Shown: positions 51,701 to 60,900, counted from the stretch's first letter. The stretch is 64,000 nucleotides of DNA from Clostridiales bacterium (GCA_017513085.1 JAFWDK010000001.1:34991-98990), one strand, 5' to 3'. Numbers and translations: made by a program. Notes: generated by a model from the letters alone, not told the origin.

Positions 51701-51776
51701 CACTGGCGAAAACGAGCACATTCGTTCCGCGTGCTTCGATCGCTTTTTTCTGGGAGGGATTCGGTGTGAAACTCAT
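48717..51776 (-). CDS. addA: AddA helicase/nuclease
   Basis: ASAGGGKT, VDEFQD, VGDVKQSIYRFR, TIHGSKGLE, YVALTRA; nuclease GFMD...DYKTD. Confidence 0.9.
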   Translation of the reverse strand: MSFTPNPSQKKAIEARGTNVLVFASAGGGKTTVLIERLMKRILTDRIPLEEIAAMTFTEAAASNMARRLKKALQDAHVKDPQDEFLTKQLSAISSAQISTIHSFCLRLIKEYYYVLPLSRKRAETILDEARGSLYLKEAIEKAIASADCDTRELNLLFSENLFSKDSLADVIAKILNKAGSAADPFAKLDSWIDNDVSRLEDLDPEMTDYYALNKRLLLKDALQVIEEILLTGEHAEFYPSLKEGVEQLLDTEDLREFNDMLPHILHSLPAKRKSKNCEGDSEQYKALRDELAEYFTKIAKGYDSTEDLLKYHRQSLPYEKALINICKEALANYNAIKAENECLDFDDFEHYAYAILTKNDCAIAKQLKKRYKEIMVDEFQDTSEGQWSLLSLLEDNNLFLVGDVKQSIYRFRNAKPEIMISLRSDPRFEKIHLRENYRSKKNVVEFNNALFEAAMNLRRRVFTPEDVQIPAGFNADKDNSELHFVRALASEKTSSTGLRIVRAKALAQEILKTAEEGIPYKEMAVILRSHYEKNEVRMALEDAGIPYFMKDNEGYFNSVAMDILTSWFRVLEDPGDNISLTAVLSSPFYGLDDEALLTLKGIFKEYPPFREDYERLSALAEANRLSELLHELVSLRHFYDDLPEEEKTNVAYFLAAFENYGFASLHEMIEFIEESKETQKEAAVGVSEDAPVVKIMTIHGSKGLEYDAVFFLSSHSNKQKSASSMIDIDLGVGLTVFEKPYHFLNNSLKRQAILNKDDLLDQEEYLRLLYVALTRAKKKLVILDAFNPEETDKDLSRSASERLDFTTVIGNCGLDPQLIQTVDYTFDPEIRYVSRARAQKTELPHKDYVLEEQEEASPSDFEQHSRDLDLDALAGMNYGTRIHEILAKIDYGCPTGDKEIRAIDPQLTDEEVSRILGFANDPLIRRYTKEEIHQEYSFYLREGNRTLHGFMDFVAIGEDILLADYKTDVGADEETLIGRYQGQLNSYFDVLDKLYPQKKKKAYIYALSLKKFIEIKRS

Positions 51777-54277
51777 GCTTCTTTCTCCTCCTCTTCCTGT
51801 TTCAGGGATCCGTCAAAATACTGACGCACGGTATAGCCTTCCTTTCCTTTGAAGCGGCAGATCGCGCCATAGAGGCAGTAGCCGCAGGCGCCTTCCGCCG
51901 GTTCGAGCGGGATCTCACCGTTTGCCAGTTTCTGATATAGCACGGTATAGATCGTCTGCAGGGCAGAGTAGATCTTTTCGCCGTCATAAAGCTGTTTTGT
52001 CGAGATACGGCCTTTGGCGCCGCCGGTCGGGATCGAGTCGTAGCTGTCATAGACCCCTTCAACATCCTGCAATGCCCAGCCGCTGAGTTTCTGTTTGCGG
52101 TAGAACGCCTCCTCCTGGGTGATCTCCTTCTCAGCGAAACCCTTGGATTTGGTATAGCCGTAGCGGTCTTCGCGCTGACGGGTGAGATTGAGATCGCAGT
52201 AATAGGCGGAAAGTCCTTCCTTGCCGGAGATCCCGGCATAGAGGAAAAGATAGGTCAGAAGCTGCAGGCTGACGCCGGCCCGGATATCCGCTTCTTTCAG
52301 GGCATGTTTGCTGGTCTTGTAGTCGAGGATACGGAAATAGTCACCGCATTCATCGATCCGGTCGATGCTGCCGCGTAAACGCACTCTGGCATGTTCGTTA
52401 TCGGTAAACATCTCCTTGAAGCGGTATTCCTGCTCTTTGGGAGCGAAGTGCGTCTCGCTTTCCATCTTTGCCAGGAAGGCGAGCTCCAGCTTCAGGTTTT
52501 CGGTCATATTATCGAACAGGTGCGAGATCTCCTGCTGCTTGCGGGGATAAAGTGTCTCAAAGCGTTCCCGGTAGGGCCGCAGTCTTTCCCGGATCTCCTC
52601 TTCGGAGATCTTTGCGTAGTCTTTCCCGTGGTCTTTGATCAGCTGTTCGAAAAAGCCGTGCAGGATCGTGCCGATCGTCGCCGGCTCAAATCCATAGACG
52701 CGCGGTTCGCGCAGGCCGAGACCGTAATTCAGGAAATAGGCATAGGGACAGGAGTTATAGCTTTCAAAAGCGGAGACGGAGCCGTTAAGAATACCTTCCC
52801 CGTCAAAGAAAAGCTTTCCGGCAGTTTCCGCGGTGAGCTTATGTGTATTGGGAAGCGGGCAGGAGCTTTTGAGCGGCTGCACGCTTTCAAGCGGGATATG
52901 TTCGAGACTCAGGGAGAAGCTCTGTGCCTTTCCGTCGTAAGAGCTTAACGGCAGCAGGTAGAAGGTCTTTTCACTGCGTTCGAGGTACGCGAGTTTCTGC
53001 AGATGGTCCTTTTCCCGCAGCGCGATATCCGGATAGTTCGTATCCTTCAGCAGATATTCATTCAGCAGTCCTTCCTTCGGCTGGAAACCGGGGAAAAGAC
53101 TCTCGGAACAGCTGAAGACAAAAAGGTATTTAAAGCCATAGCAGGGTTCCGCAAAAGAGGATACTCGGATGCCGTTATTCCGGCGGACAGACGAGCTGAG
53201 CTTTAAAACCGCTTCTTTCAGCAGCCCGTAGTGTTCCTCTTTCAGGGACGGACCGCGTTCCTGCAGATAATAGCGGACAGCTTCCTTATCCTCGCCTTCC
53301 TTCAGGAAAGAGAAAGCTTTGATGAGTTTTTCCTTGTAGGAAACAGCTTCGCAGAGCTCTTTCAGTTTCGGCCATGTCCGGCTGTGAACGTATTCCGCAG
53401 CCTTCTCGACCTCCCGGTAATCCGGGTCATCGGAAAGACGCTGCAGCGGACGGAAAAGATCCTCTTCCCGCATATGGTCATTCAGATAAACGAATGCCGC
53501 AGCATTCGCCTTGGCGAAAAGGTTCCGTTCCAGGACCTTTTTGTAGTGCAACAGATCGGGGGTGAAACAGAAATCAAGCAGCGCCGTCAGATCAGCGGCG
53601 GCCGTATTGGCATTCAGCAGATCCGGGCTGTAACAGGGAACTTCGTATCGTTTTAAGGTGCTGAAGCAGAGATCCTTTTCGGCGGTGTCACATAAAAGGA
53701 AGGCGCATTCGCTCAAAGGCAGATCCTGCAGGATCAGCTGCTGCACCGCATATTCATACTGATCGGCAACACTGCCGGTCTCATATCTGTAGTCTTTGTG
53801 TTCCGGCGTGTCGATGAGATCGATCTCGCCGGCTCCTTTTTCCTTGAGGATTGTGACCAGCTCCTGATCAAACAGGGAATAGTGGTCTTTGACGATGAGG
53901 ATGTTTTCTTCCGGTAATGTGAGCTCCGGCAGGGAGGCGTATCCTCTTAAAGGGATCGCTTTTAAAAGACGCCGGATCGCGGAGGGCAGCTCCAGTGTTT
54001 CCGGATCGATCTTATAGCGTTCACATTCATCGGCGATCGTGCGGATCTCACGCAGAAAACCGCTGTCTGAAAGCAGGGGATCCAGTTCACTGTCGGAAAG
54101 ACTGCGGCCGATCTCGCAGATCTCTTCGGCTGTCGGCGCCTCCTTTAAAAAAGCGTTCCGGAAGGCGGATAAGCTTTTGATCTCCGTGTCTTCCAGCGAA
54201 TTGTCCGGCGCTTTTTCCAGCAGTCTGTCCAGAACGTAAGCTTTGGCTTCACTGTTACATAAGTAAGTTGTTTTCAT
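51773..54277 (-). CDS. addB: AddB nuclease subunit
   Basis: CPYAYF, GSIDRID, LDYKT, LQLLTY, CGYCLYGAIC (Fe-S staple). Confidence 0.85.
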   Translation of the reverse strand: MKTTYLCNSEAKAYVLDRLLEKAPDNSLEDTEIKSLSAFRNAFLKEAPTAEEICEIGRSLSDSELDPLLSDSGFLREIRTIADECERYKIDPETLELPSAIRRLLKAIPLRGYASLPELTLPEENILIVKDHYSLFDQELVTILKEKGAGEIDLIDTPEHKDYRYETGSVADQYEYAVQQLILQDLPLSECAFLLCDTAEKDLCFSTLKRYEVPCYSPDLLNANTAAADLTALLDFCFTPDLLHYKKVLERNLFAKANAAAFVYLNDHMREEDLFRPLQRLSDDPDYREVEKAAEYVHSRTWPKLKELCEAVSYKEKLIKAFSFLKEGEDKEAVRYYLQERGPSLKEEHYGLLKEAVLKLSSSVRRNNGIRVSSFAEPCYGFKYLFVFSCSESLFPGFQPKEGLLNEYLLKDTNYPDIALREKDHLQKLAYLERSEKTFYLLPLSSYDGKAQSFSLSLEHIPLESVQPLKSSCPLPNTHKLTAETAGKLFFDGEGILNGSVSAFESYNSCPYAYFLNYGLGLREPRVYGFEPATIGTILHGFFEQLIKDHGKDYAKISEEEIRERLRPYRERFETLYPRKQQEISHLFDNMTENLKLELAFLAKMESETHFAPKEQEYRFKEMFTDNEHARVRLRGSIDRIDECGDYFRILDYKTSKHALKEADIRAGVSLQLLTYLFLYAGISGKEGLSAYYCDLNLTRQREDRYGYTKSKGFAEKEITQEEAFYRKQKLSGWALQDVEGVYDSYDSIPTGGAKGRISTKQLYDGEKIYSALQTIYTVLYQKLANGEIPLEPAEGACGYCLYGAICRFKGKEGYTVRQYFDGSLKQEEEEKEA

Positions 54278-54333
54278 ATCTCTTTTATTATGGACCTGTT
54301 CTTCCGGTTTTCTCCGGATATGTTGTATCGTTT

Positions 54334-54885
54334 CTATTCAAAGGACTGTATCTTTTCAGCAAACTGTGTCTGGAATTCGGTTTCTTCCCTCTCTACAGTC
54401 AGCCGGTAGGAGGCGATCTCCTCTTTTGTCAGGATACGGGAGGAGAGCCAGCGCAGTTGCGATAATGCCTTTTCGCTCTTGATCACCCACTGCGTGTATT
54501 CCGGTCCCAGCTCAAGAATTTGCAGAGCCTGCTCGTCTGAGAGAAAACCGCTGGTCAGAATGCCCATCGTATCATAGAGCGTATCGTTGGCGATCGGGCC
54601 GATGATCACATCGTACTGTGAGAAAGTGTCCGCTTTTCCGCGGCGGTTGGCGAAGATACAGGAGAACCATTCTTCATCTCTTTTCAGGACCTTGATCCGC
54701 AGACCTTCCTCGTTGAATTCGTAGGTATTGAGATAACTGTCTTCATCCTTTCTTTCCCTTGCCCAGCGGCAGGAAAATTCCTTTTCGGGAGACAGATAAA
54801 AACCCTGGCCGAAATCGGCATTTTTTCTTCCGTAATGGATATCCGGCTTTCGGATCTCGCTGAATCCGGTATGAAAGAGGATCAT
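54334..54885 (-). CDS. DUF3990 protein
   Basis: MILFH..., DFGQGFYLS, YDVIIGPIAND, Q..IKSEKAL. Confidence 0.85.
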   Translation of the reverse strand: MILFHTGFSEIRKPDIHYGRKNADFGQGFYLSPEKEFSCRWARERKDEDSYLNTYEFNEEGLRIKVLKRDEEWFSCIFANRRGKADTFSQYDVIIGPIANDTLYDTMGILTSGFLSDEQALQILELGPEYTQWVIKSEKALSQLRWLSSRILTKEEIASYRLTVEREETEFQTQFAEKIQSFE

Positions 54886-54970
54886 ATGCTGTCTTAATTT
54901 TAGCACAGGAGTTTTTGCCCCTGTCCCATGTGGTAAAATTTTCCTAGAACGAAACCGGGAGGATGACGGT

Positions 54971-56023
54971 ATGAAAAAAGAGATCGGATTTTTAAAAGAA
55001 CTGACGGATCTGCGCGCGACGAGCGGCAATGAGGGATCTGTCAGAGAGTTTTTACGCAAAGCGTATGAGCCTGTAGCGGACAGGATCGAGACAGATGGTC
55101 TCGGTTCCCTGGCTGCGTATCACGGCAGTGAAGGTCCGAAGATCCTGGCCGTCGGCCATATGGATGAAGTCGGATTCATGGTCCGCTCGATCACCAAGGA
55201 CGGCTATGTGCGTTTTTCCCGCTGCGGCTTCTTCTTTGTCTGCGGCGCGCTTTCCCAGCATTATACGATCGAGACCGAAAAAGGGGATGTGGACGCGATC
55301 TGTTCGCTCGGACCCGGCACGGAAGATAAGGGATTCCCGCAGATCGAGGATCTCGCGCTCGATATCGGCTGCAAAAGCGAAGAAGAGGCAAGAGAGCTTG
55401 GTGTCCGGGTCGGGGATTTCATCGTTCCCAAAGGTCATTTTGAAGCGCTTGGAAAAGACGGAAAATACCTCGTCAATAAAGCCTGGGATAACCGCATCGG
55501 CTGCGCTGTTGCCTTAAGAGTCATGGAAGACCTGAAAAAGACCGGTCATCCGAATATCTTTATCGGCGGCGGGACAGTCCAGGAAGAGGTCGGCACCCGC
55601 GGTGCCGCAACGCTGGCGGAAATGGTAAGACCGGATATCGCTTTCTCCCTGGATATCGGGACTGCTGACGATGTCTGCGGCAGCAAGAAGGAAGAAGCGG
55701 CGCTCGGGAAAGGTCCGGAGCTGACCTTCATGGATAATATGACGCTCTCTAACCGCAAGCTGATCCGCTTTGCGGTCGAAGTCGCGGAAGAATGCGGGAT
55801 CCCTTACCAGACTTCGATCATGAAACGGGGCGGCACAGACGCCGGGAAATTCCAGTTCGCAAACACCGGGATCCCGGTCCTGCTGGTAAATGTTCCCTGC
55901 CGCTATGCGCACACCCCGACATCGATGATCCACTATGACGATTACAAGAACACCATCCGCCTGATGGCAGAGATCGTCCGCCGTCTGGATGGGAATAAAG
56001 TCCAGGAGATCTGCCGTTTCTGA
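54971..56023 (+). CDS. M42-family aminopeptidase
   Basis: HMDEVG, KAWDNRIG, VQEEVG, GGTDAG, RYAH. Confidence 0.92.
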   Translation: MKKEIGFLKELTDLRATSGNEGSVREFLRKAYEPVADRIETDGLGSLAAYHGSEGPKILAVGHMDEVGFMVRSITKDGYVRFSRCGFFFVCGALSQHYTIETEKGDVDAICSLGPGTEDKGFPQIEDLALDIGCKSEEEARELGVRVGDFIVPKGHFEALGKDGKYLVNKAWDNRIGCAVALRVMEDLKKTGHPNIFIGGGTVQEEVGTRGAATLAEMVRPDIAFSLDIGTADDVCGSKKEEAALGKGPELTFMDNMTLSNRKLIRFAVEVAEECGIPYQTSIMKRGGTDAGKFQFANTGIPVLLVNVPCRYAHTPTSMIHYDDYKNTIRLMAEIVRRLDGNKVQEICRF

Positions 56024-56044
56024 CCTGAATACAGAGGTGTTGCC

Positions 56045-57308
56045 ATGGACAGAAAATATATGCCCGATACCGCGGAAAACCGTGAGTATCTGAAGGAACT
56101 GCGTGAGGAGCTGCTGGACTTCGGCCGATCCTTTCCTTCGCCCTCCGGCGCTTCCTATTATCTCGGCAGTGACGGAAAGCCTTTAAAAGACAGGGATCTG
56201 GAGACCTGGATCACCTGCCGGATGGCGCATGTCTATTCCCTGGGCTGCCTTTTGGGAGATCCGGGAAGCGGGGAACTCGTTGACTTCGCTCTGAAAGGTC
56301 TGCGCACTGTTCTGCATGACGATGCGCACGAAGGTTTCTACCCGGCTGTGGATAAGGATCTTCTGCCAAAGGCAGGAAAACAGTGTTACGCCCATGCCTT
56401 TGTGATCCTGGCTGCCGCCAGTGCTCTGGCAGCCGGACGTCCCGGTGCGGAAGAACTGCTGAAAGACAACACGGAAGTATTCCTGAAATACTTCTGGGAG
56501 GAAGAAAAAAGGTCTGACACGGGATACCTGGAATACCGAATTCACACAATGTGAGCCCTATCGCGGGCTGAACGCCAATATGCATACCGTTGAAGCCTTT
56601 CTGGCTGTGGCGGATGTCACCGGTGACAACATCTGGCGGGAACGCGCCGGCAGGATCGTTTGCCATGTGCTTGAATGGGCGGAAGAAAATCACTGGCGGA
56701 TCCCGGAACACTTTGATGAGAACTGGAACCCGCTCTATACATATAACAGCGAGAAAAAGGATGATCCCTTCAAGCCCTACGGAGCGACCCCGGGACACGG
56801 GATCGAATGGGCGAGACTGATCAGCCAGTGGGCATTATCCGCTTATCCGGAGGATAAAAATAAGAGCGGAGCATATATTGAAAAAGCATGTCGTCTTTTT
56901 GAAAGGGCGGTCAAAGATGCCTGGAACGCGGACGGCGCGCGCGGCATCGTTTATACAACAGACTGGAACGGTGTGCCGGTCGTGCGTGACCGGATGCACT
57001 GGACGCTGGCGGAGGCGATCAATACCTCGGCGGTCCTGTATCACATTACCGGCAGGGAGGAATACGCGCAGCTTTACAGTGAATTCCTGCGCTATCTTCA
57101 GGAATGTGTTCATGATCCGGTAAACGGATCCTGGTTCCACCAGCTGGACGAAAACAATCGTCTGAAGGAAACGGTATGGCCGGGGAAGAGCGATCTCTAT
57201 CATGCCCTGCAGGCGACGCTGATCCCGCTGCTCGAACCTTCGGTCTCCGTCGTTCCGGCAGTAAAGAGAAAGCTGTTTCTGGAGGTCAAAGATGACAAAA
57301 AGGTATGA
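56045..57308 (+). pseudogene. AGE-family (YihS/mannose isomerase-like) gene split by one extra A in an A6 run at 56505-56510
   Basis: Removing one A joins ...WEEEK to GLTRDTWNTEFTQCEPYRGLNANMHTVEA. Motifs GHGIEW, RMHW and GKSDLYH are intact. Confidence 0.8.
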
Positions 57309-58260
57309 TGTCGTCGCCTTAGGCGAACTTCTGGTCGATATGATCAATACCGGAGAATCGGGATCCGGGAATCCGGTATTTGAAGCGAATCCGGGCGGTG
57401 CGCCCTGCAATGTGCTGGCGATGCTGCAGAAACTCGGGAAAAAGACAGCTTTTATCGGGAAGGTCGGAAATGACGCTTTTGGCAAAAGGCTCCGCAGCGA
57501 GATCGTTTCCTGCGGGATCGACGACAGCGGACTCCGCGTAGATGAGAACATTCCGACGACCCTGGCTTTTGTGCATAAACTGGAGAACGGCGACCGCGAC
57601 TTTTCCTTTTACCGTGATCCCGGAGCGGATGTGATGCTGGAAGAGGAAGAAGTGGACCTTTCGCTGATCCGTGATTCAAAGGTCTTTCATTTCGGATCTT
57701 TATCGTTGAGTGATGAACCTTGCCGCTCGGCAACGAAAAAAGCCGTCGCGGCAGCCGAAGAATACGGGATCCTGCGTTCCTATGATCCCAATCTGCGTAA
57801 GCCCTTATGGCACAGCGAAGAGGAAGCCAGAGAACAGATCCTCTGGGGAATGAAACACTGCGATATCCTGAAGATCGCCGATAACGAGATCCTCTGGCTG
57901 ACGGGAGAGGAGGATCATGATCCCGCCGTATCGGTGCTCCTGAAGGAGTTTGCGATCCCGCTGATCGCGCTGACGCTCGGCCCGGAAGGCAGCCGGATCT
58001 ATTATCAGGGGAAAAGGATCGATATTCCGCCTTTTCCGCAGAATACTGTTGATACGACCGGGGCAGGAGATACCTATTGCGCCTGTCTGCTGAACGGGAT
58101 CCTGGAGAACGGACTCAAAGATCTTGATGAAGACAAGATCCGCCGTTTCGGTGTTTTTGCCAGCGCTGCGGCAGCGATCGTGACAACACGCAAAGGCGCG
58201 TTAAAATCCATGCCGGACGCAGAATGCGTAAAGGCGCTGATGGATACATATTCAGATTAA
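57292..58260 (+). CDS. PfkB-family sugar kinase (fructokinase-like)
   Basis: GGAPCNV, YDPNLR, VDTTGAGD. Confidence 0.9.
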   Translation: MTKRYDVVALGELLVDMINTGESGSGNPVFEANPGGAPCNVLAMLQKLGKKTAFIGKVGNDAFGKRLRSEIVSCGIDDSGLRVDENIPTTLAFVHKLENGDRDFSFYRDPGADVMLEEEEVDLSLIRDSKVFHFGSLSLSDEPCRSATKKAVAAAEEYGILRSYDPNLRKPLWHSEEEAREQILWGMKHCDILKIADNEILWLTGEEDHDPAVSVLLKEFAIPLIALTLGPEGSRIYYQGKRIDIPPFPQNTVDTTGAGDTYCACLLNGILENGLKDLDEDKIRRFGVFASAAAAIVTTRKGALKSMPDAECVKALMDTYSD

Positions 58261-58265
58261 GACGG

Positions 58266-58290
58266 AGCAGGGCATACAGGCCCTGCTTCT
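58266..58290 (+). terminator. Terminator after the kinase
   Basis: agcagggc-atacag-gccctgct followed by tctgtt. Confidence 0.65.
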
Positions 58291-58315
58291 GTTCTTAGAA
58301 CATCTTTGTTTTCCG

Positions 58316-58452
58316 TTGACGTTGAGGAGCCTGAAAACCTATAATTTTAAAGGAAGTTTTATGGGCAATCCGGAACCACGAAGTTGAAGTTCCTGAATGT
58401 ACCGAGACATGAGTGGCCGGAAACTGATATGGTTTTCCGACCCGTTTTTTTA
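58316..58452 (+). promoter_or_regulatory. Sigma-A promoter plus attenuator/riboswitch-like leader
   Basis: TTGACG(58316)-18 bp-TATAAT(58340). Terminator-like hairpin 58415-58442 with T7 tract overlaps a competing helix 58369-58379/58413-58421. Confidence 0.6.
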
Positions 58453-58472
58453 TGAATAAGCAAGGGGATACT

Positions 58473-59573
58473 ATGGATTACTTTAATGATGTGCAGCTTA
58501 AACCTCTGTTTAACGAAGGCGGCATCTCCTTCGGCGAACTGGAAGGGAACTTCAAAAACCATTATTACGTGCTTTCCGATCCGAAGATCGCAAAGCTGCT
58601 GAATTCGCCTGAAGTCGTTGGTTTTGATGTCTACAAGGCTCTTTTGCCGGCGACCTCCGCAGCTCTGCGCTACTTCAGCGAACAGCATTTCCTGCATCCG
58701 GTCAATATTCTCACGATCCTGCGGGGCGCGCTGAATTACCCGATGGAGGAAGGCTGTTATTCACAGAGCATTCCGGTGCATGACATCAGTTTCCTGTCCT
58801 GCGAGCGTGTTTTTGACGGTAAGGAGATCGTCGGACTGGATGCCCGCTACAGCAAACTGGCGGTCGTACCGGACGGGACTCTGCTCATGGGAGATATCAT
58901 CGCGAGCGGCGAGACTCTTATTTACTGTCTCAATCATATGCTGGATTTCTACAAGCAGCACGATGCAAGGCTGAAGAATATCCTCGCCTTTACGATCGGC
59001 GGTACGAGAGCTGTTGAGATCGCCGAAGAGATGACAGAGAAGATCCGCTGCTTCTGGCCGGAATTCGAAGGTTTTAACGTCGCCTTCTACGGCGGCATGT
59101 TCAGCTGTTATGAGAATGCCGGCGTTGCCGGGATCCAGATCAAAAATATCGATTTCTACTGGGGTGAAAAGGGGATCGTCGATCCGGAATACCGCAGGAT
59201 CACGCTCTCGCAGAGAGATCCGATCTTTGAAAAATGCATCATCTACGATGGCGGGGCGCGCCGCTATGAGATCAACGAACATATCGGGGAAGTGCTTGAA
59301 TACTGGGAAGCGGTCCGCGAAAGAAGCGGCCGCATCGATATCCTTGAACTGCTGGCGGAACGTCTCGGACATCCGCTGAAGATCAGTCTTGAGGAATGGA
59401 TCGATGCCAATGGCTACCGTTATCTCGAAAAAGATCTCTGCGAGAAACTCTATCAGCAGGAACAGGATTATATCCGTGCGCTCAAAGAAGAGGCGCCCAC
59501 ACTGAAGGAGATCGCGGAAGGACGCATCGCTGAATTCAAAGAGGCGCTGAACACGTATGTTTCCGTTCGTTAA
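58473..59573 (+). CDS. Divergent type I phosphoribosyltransferase (UPRT-like) with C-terminal extension
   Basis: NILTILRGALNY (compare UPRT VPILRAGL) and LLMGDIIASGETL (PRPP-binding loop); RBS aagggg. Confidence 0.6.
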   Translation: MDYFNDVQLKPLFNEGGISFGELEGNFKNHYYVLSDPKIAKLLNSPEVVGFDVYKALLPATSAALRYFSEQHFLHPVNILTILRGALNYPMEEGCYSQSIPVHDISFLSCERVFDGKEIVGLDARYSKLAVVPDGTLLMGDIIASGETLIYCLNHMLDFYKQHDARLKNILAFTIGGTRAVEIAEEMTEKIRCFWPEFEGFNVAFYGGMFSCYENAGVAGIQIKNIDFYWGEKGIVDPEYRRITLSQRDPIFEKCIIYDGGARRYEINEHIGEVLEYWEAVRERSGRIDILELLAERLGHPLKISLEEWIDANGYRYLEKDLCEKLYQQEQDYIRALKEEAPTLKEIAEGRIAEFKEALNTYVSVR

Positions 59574-59585
59574 GGGGAAAGAAAA

Positions 59586-60824
59586 ATGACAACAAAGAAT
59601 GAAAAAGTAAAAGATGTCGACTTCTCGACTTCCGCGGTGCCGAAGAATCAGCGCCGCAGTTTCCTGACCATGTTCATGATCATGCTGGGCTTCACCTTTT
59701 TCTCTGCCAGCATGTGGGTCGGCCAGCAGCTGGCGGACGGCCTGGATTTCGGAGGGTTCCTGGGAGCCCTGATCCTGGGCGGTATCATCCTGTCGTTTTA
59801 TACCGGCTCGCTTGCCTATGTGGCAGCCAAGACCGGCATGTCGATGGATCTTCTGGCGGTCAAGGCTTTCGGCAGAAAAGGATCCTATATCTCTTCGGCG
59901 ATGATCTCGCTGACGCAGATCGGCTGGTTCGGGGTCGGAGTGGCGATGTTCGCGATCCCGGTCGCCAATGAGCTTTTCGGCGGCAGCACTTTCGTGACCT
60001 ATCTTCTGGTCATCATCGCCGGCATCCTGATGACTTCTTCCGCCTATTTCGGTATCAAGTCGCTGACGGTCGTCAGTTATATCGCTGTTCCCTGCGTGGC
60101 GATCCTGGGCACTGTCGCCATGATCCTGGCGGTCCAGCGGGGCAACGGCACTTTCCTGGAGAACTTTGCCCGTTCCTCCGGCACGCTGACGATGATCGGC
60201 GGCGCCGGCCTCGTAGTCGGCTCCTTTGTTTCGGGCGGTACAGCAACTCCGAATTTCGCCCGTTTCGCGAAGAACGCGAAAGATGGTGTGATCACGACGG
60301 TCATCGCCTTCTTCATTGGCAATTCCCTGATGTTTTTCATGGGCGCCGTATCCTCGATCTACGTAGGCGGCAATGATATCTTTGAAGTCATGATCAATCT
60401 CGGTCTTTTCTATGTCGCGATCCTGGTCCTCGGTCTGAATATCTGGACAACGAATGACAATGCGCTGTATTCTGCCGGACTGGGACTGGCGAACATCTTC
60501 GGAAAGGATAAAAAACCGATGGTCCTGATCTCAGGCATCATCGGCACCCTGTCCGCGATCTGGCTTTACTGGAATTTTGTCAGCTGGCTGAATATCCTCA
60601 ACTGCACGCTTCCGCCGGTCGGTATCATTCTCGTTCTGGCGTATTTTCTGCATCCGGAGGAATACGATCACGTCGGATCAGACATAGTCGTTGACTGGGC
60701 AGCTGTTATCGGTGTGATCGCCGGCGCGATCGTTGCCAACCTGCTGCAATGGGGCGTTGCCTCGATCAACGGCATGGCGGTCGCGGCAGTGATCTATATC
60801 CTCGGCCATAAACTGAAACGCTAA
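59586..60824 (+). CDS. codB: Cytosine permease (NCS1 family)
   Basis: MLGFTFFSASM, TQIGWFGVG, VGSFVSGGT, NIWTTNDNALY. Confidence 0.9.
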   Translation: MTTKNEKVKDVDFSTSAVPKNQRRSFLTMFMIMLGFTFFSASMWVGQQLADGLDFGGFLGALILGGIILSFYTGSLAYVAAKTGMSMDLLAVKAFGRKGSYISSAMISLTQIGWFGVGVAMFAIPVANELFGGSTFVTYLLVIIAGILMTSSAYFGIKSLTVVSYIAVPCVAILGTVAMILAVQRGNGTFLENFARSSGTLTMIGGAGLVVGSFVSGGTATPNFARFAKNAKDGVITTVIAFFIGNSLMFFMGAVSSIYVGGNDIFEVMINLGLFYVAILVLGLNIWTTNDNALYSAGLGLANIFGKDKKPMVLISGIIGTLSAIWLYWNFVSWLNILNCTLPPVGIILVLAYFLHPEEYDHVGSDIVVDWAAVIGVIAGAIVANLLQWGVASINGMAVAAVIYILGHKLKR

Positions 60825-60865
60825 GAGCTTTTACGGCCGGTAAAGCCGGCTTGCTTATAAAGCGC

Positions 60866-60900
60866 AAACAGACCCGGCGGGAAGCCGAGTCTGTTTTTTC
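60866..60900. terminator. Bidirectional terminator
   Basis: aaacagacccggc-gggaa-gccgagtctgtttttt. Confidence 0.7.

Noticed and set aside
48717-54277. Helicase plus Cas4-like PD-(D/E)XK nuclease as a defence system
   Set aside because: Order, size and motifs fit housekeeping AddAB.
54886-55059. ORF-track N-terminal extensions (DUF3990 from 55059; also pduL 22754, ABC 37231, potD 30893, rffA 19311)
   Set aside because: They overlap neighbouring genes or terminators, and downstream ATGs fit the RBS or the family N-terminus better.
58380-58425. Hammerhead ribozyme or PyrR-binding loop in the leader
   Set aside because: CTGA and GAAA are present but there is no CUGANGA core, and the AGUCCnGnGAGG PyrR consensus is absent.
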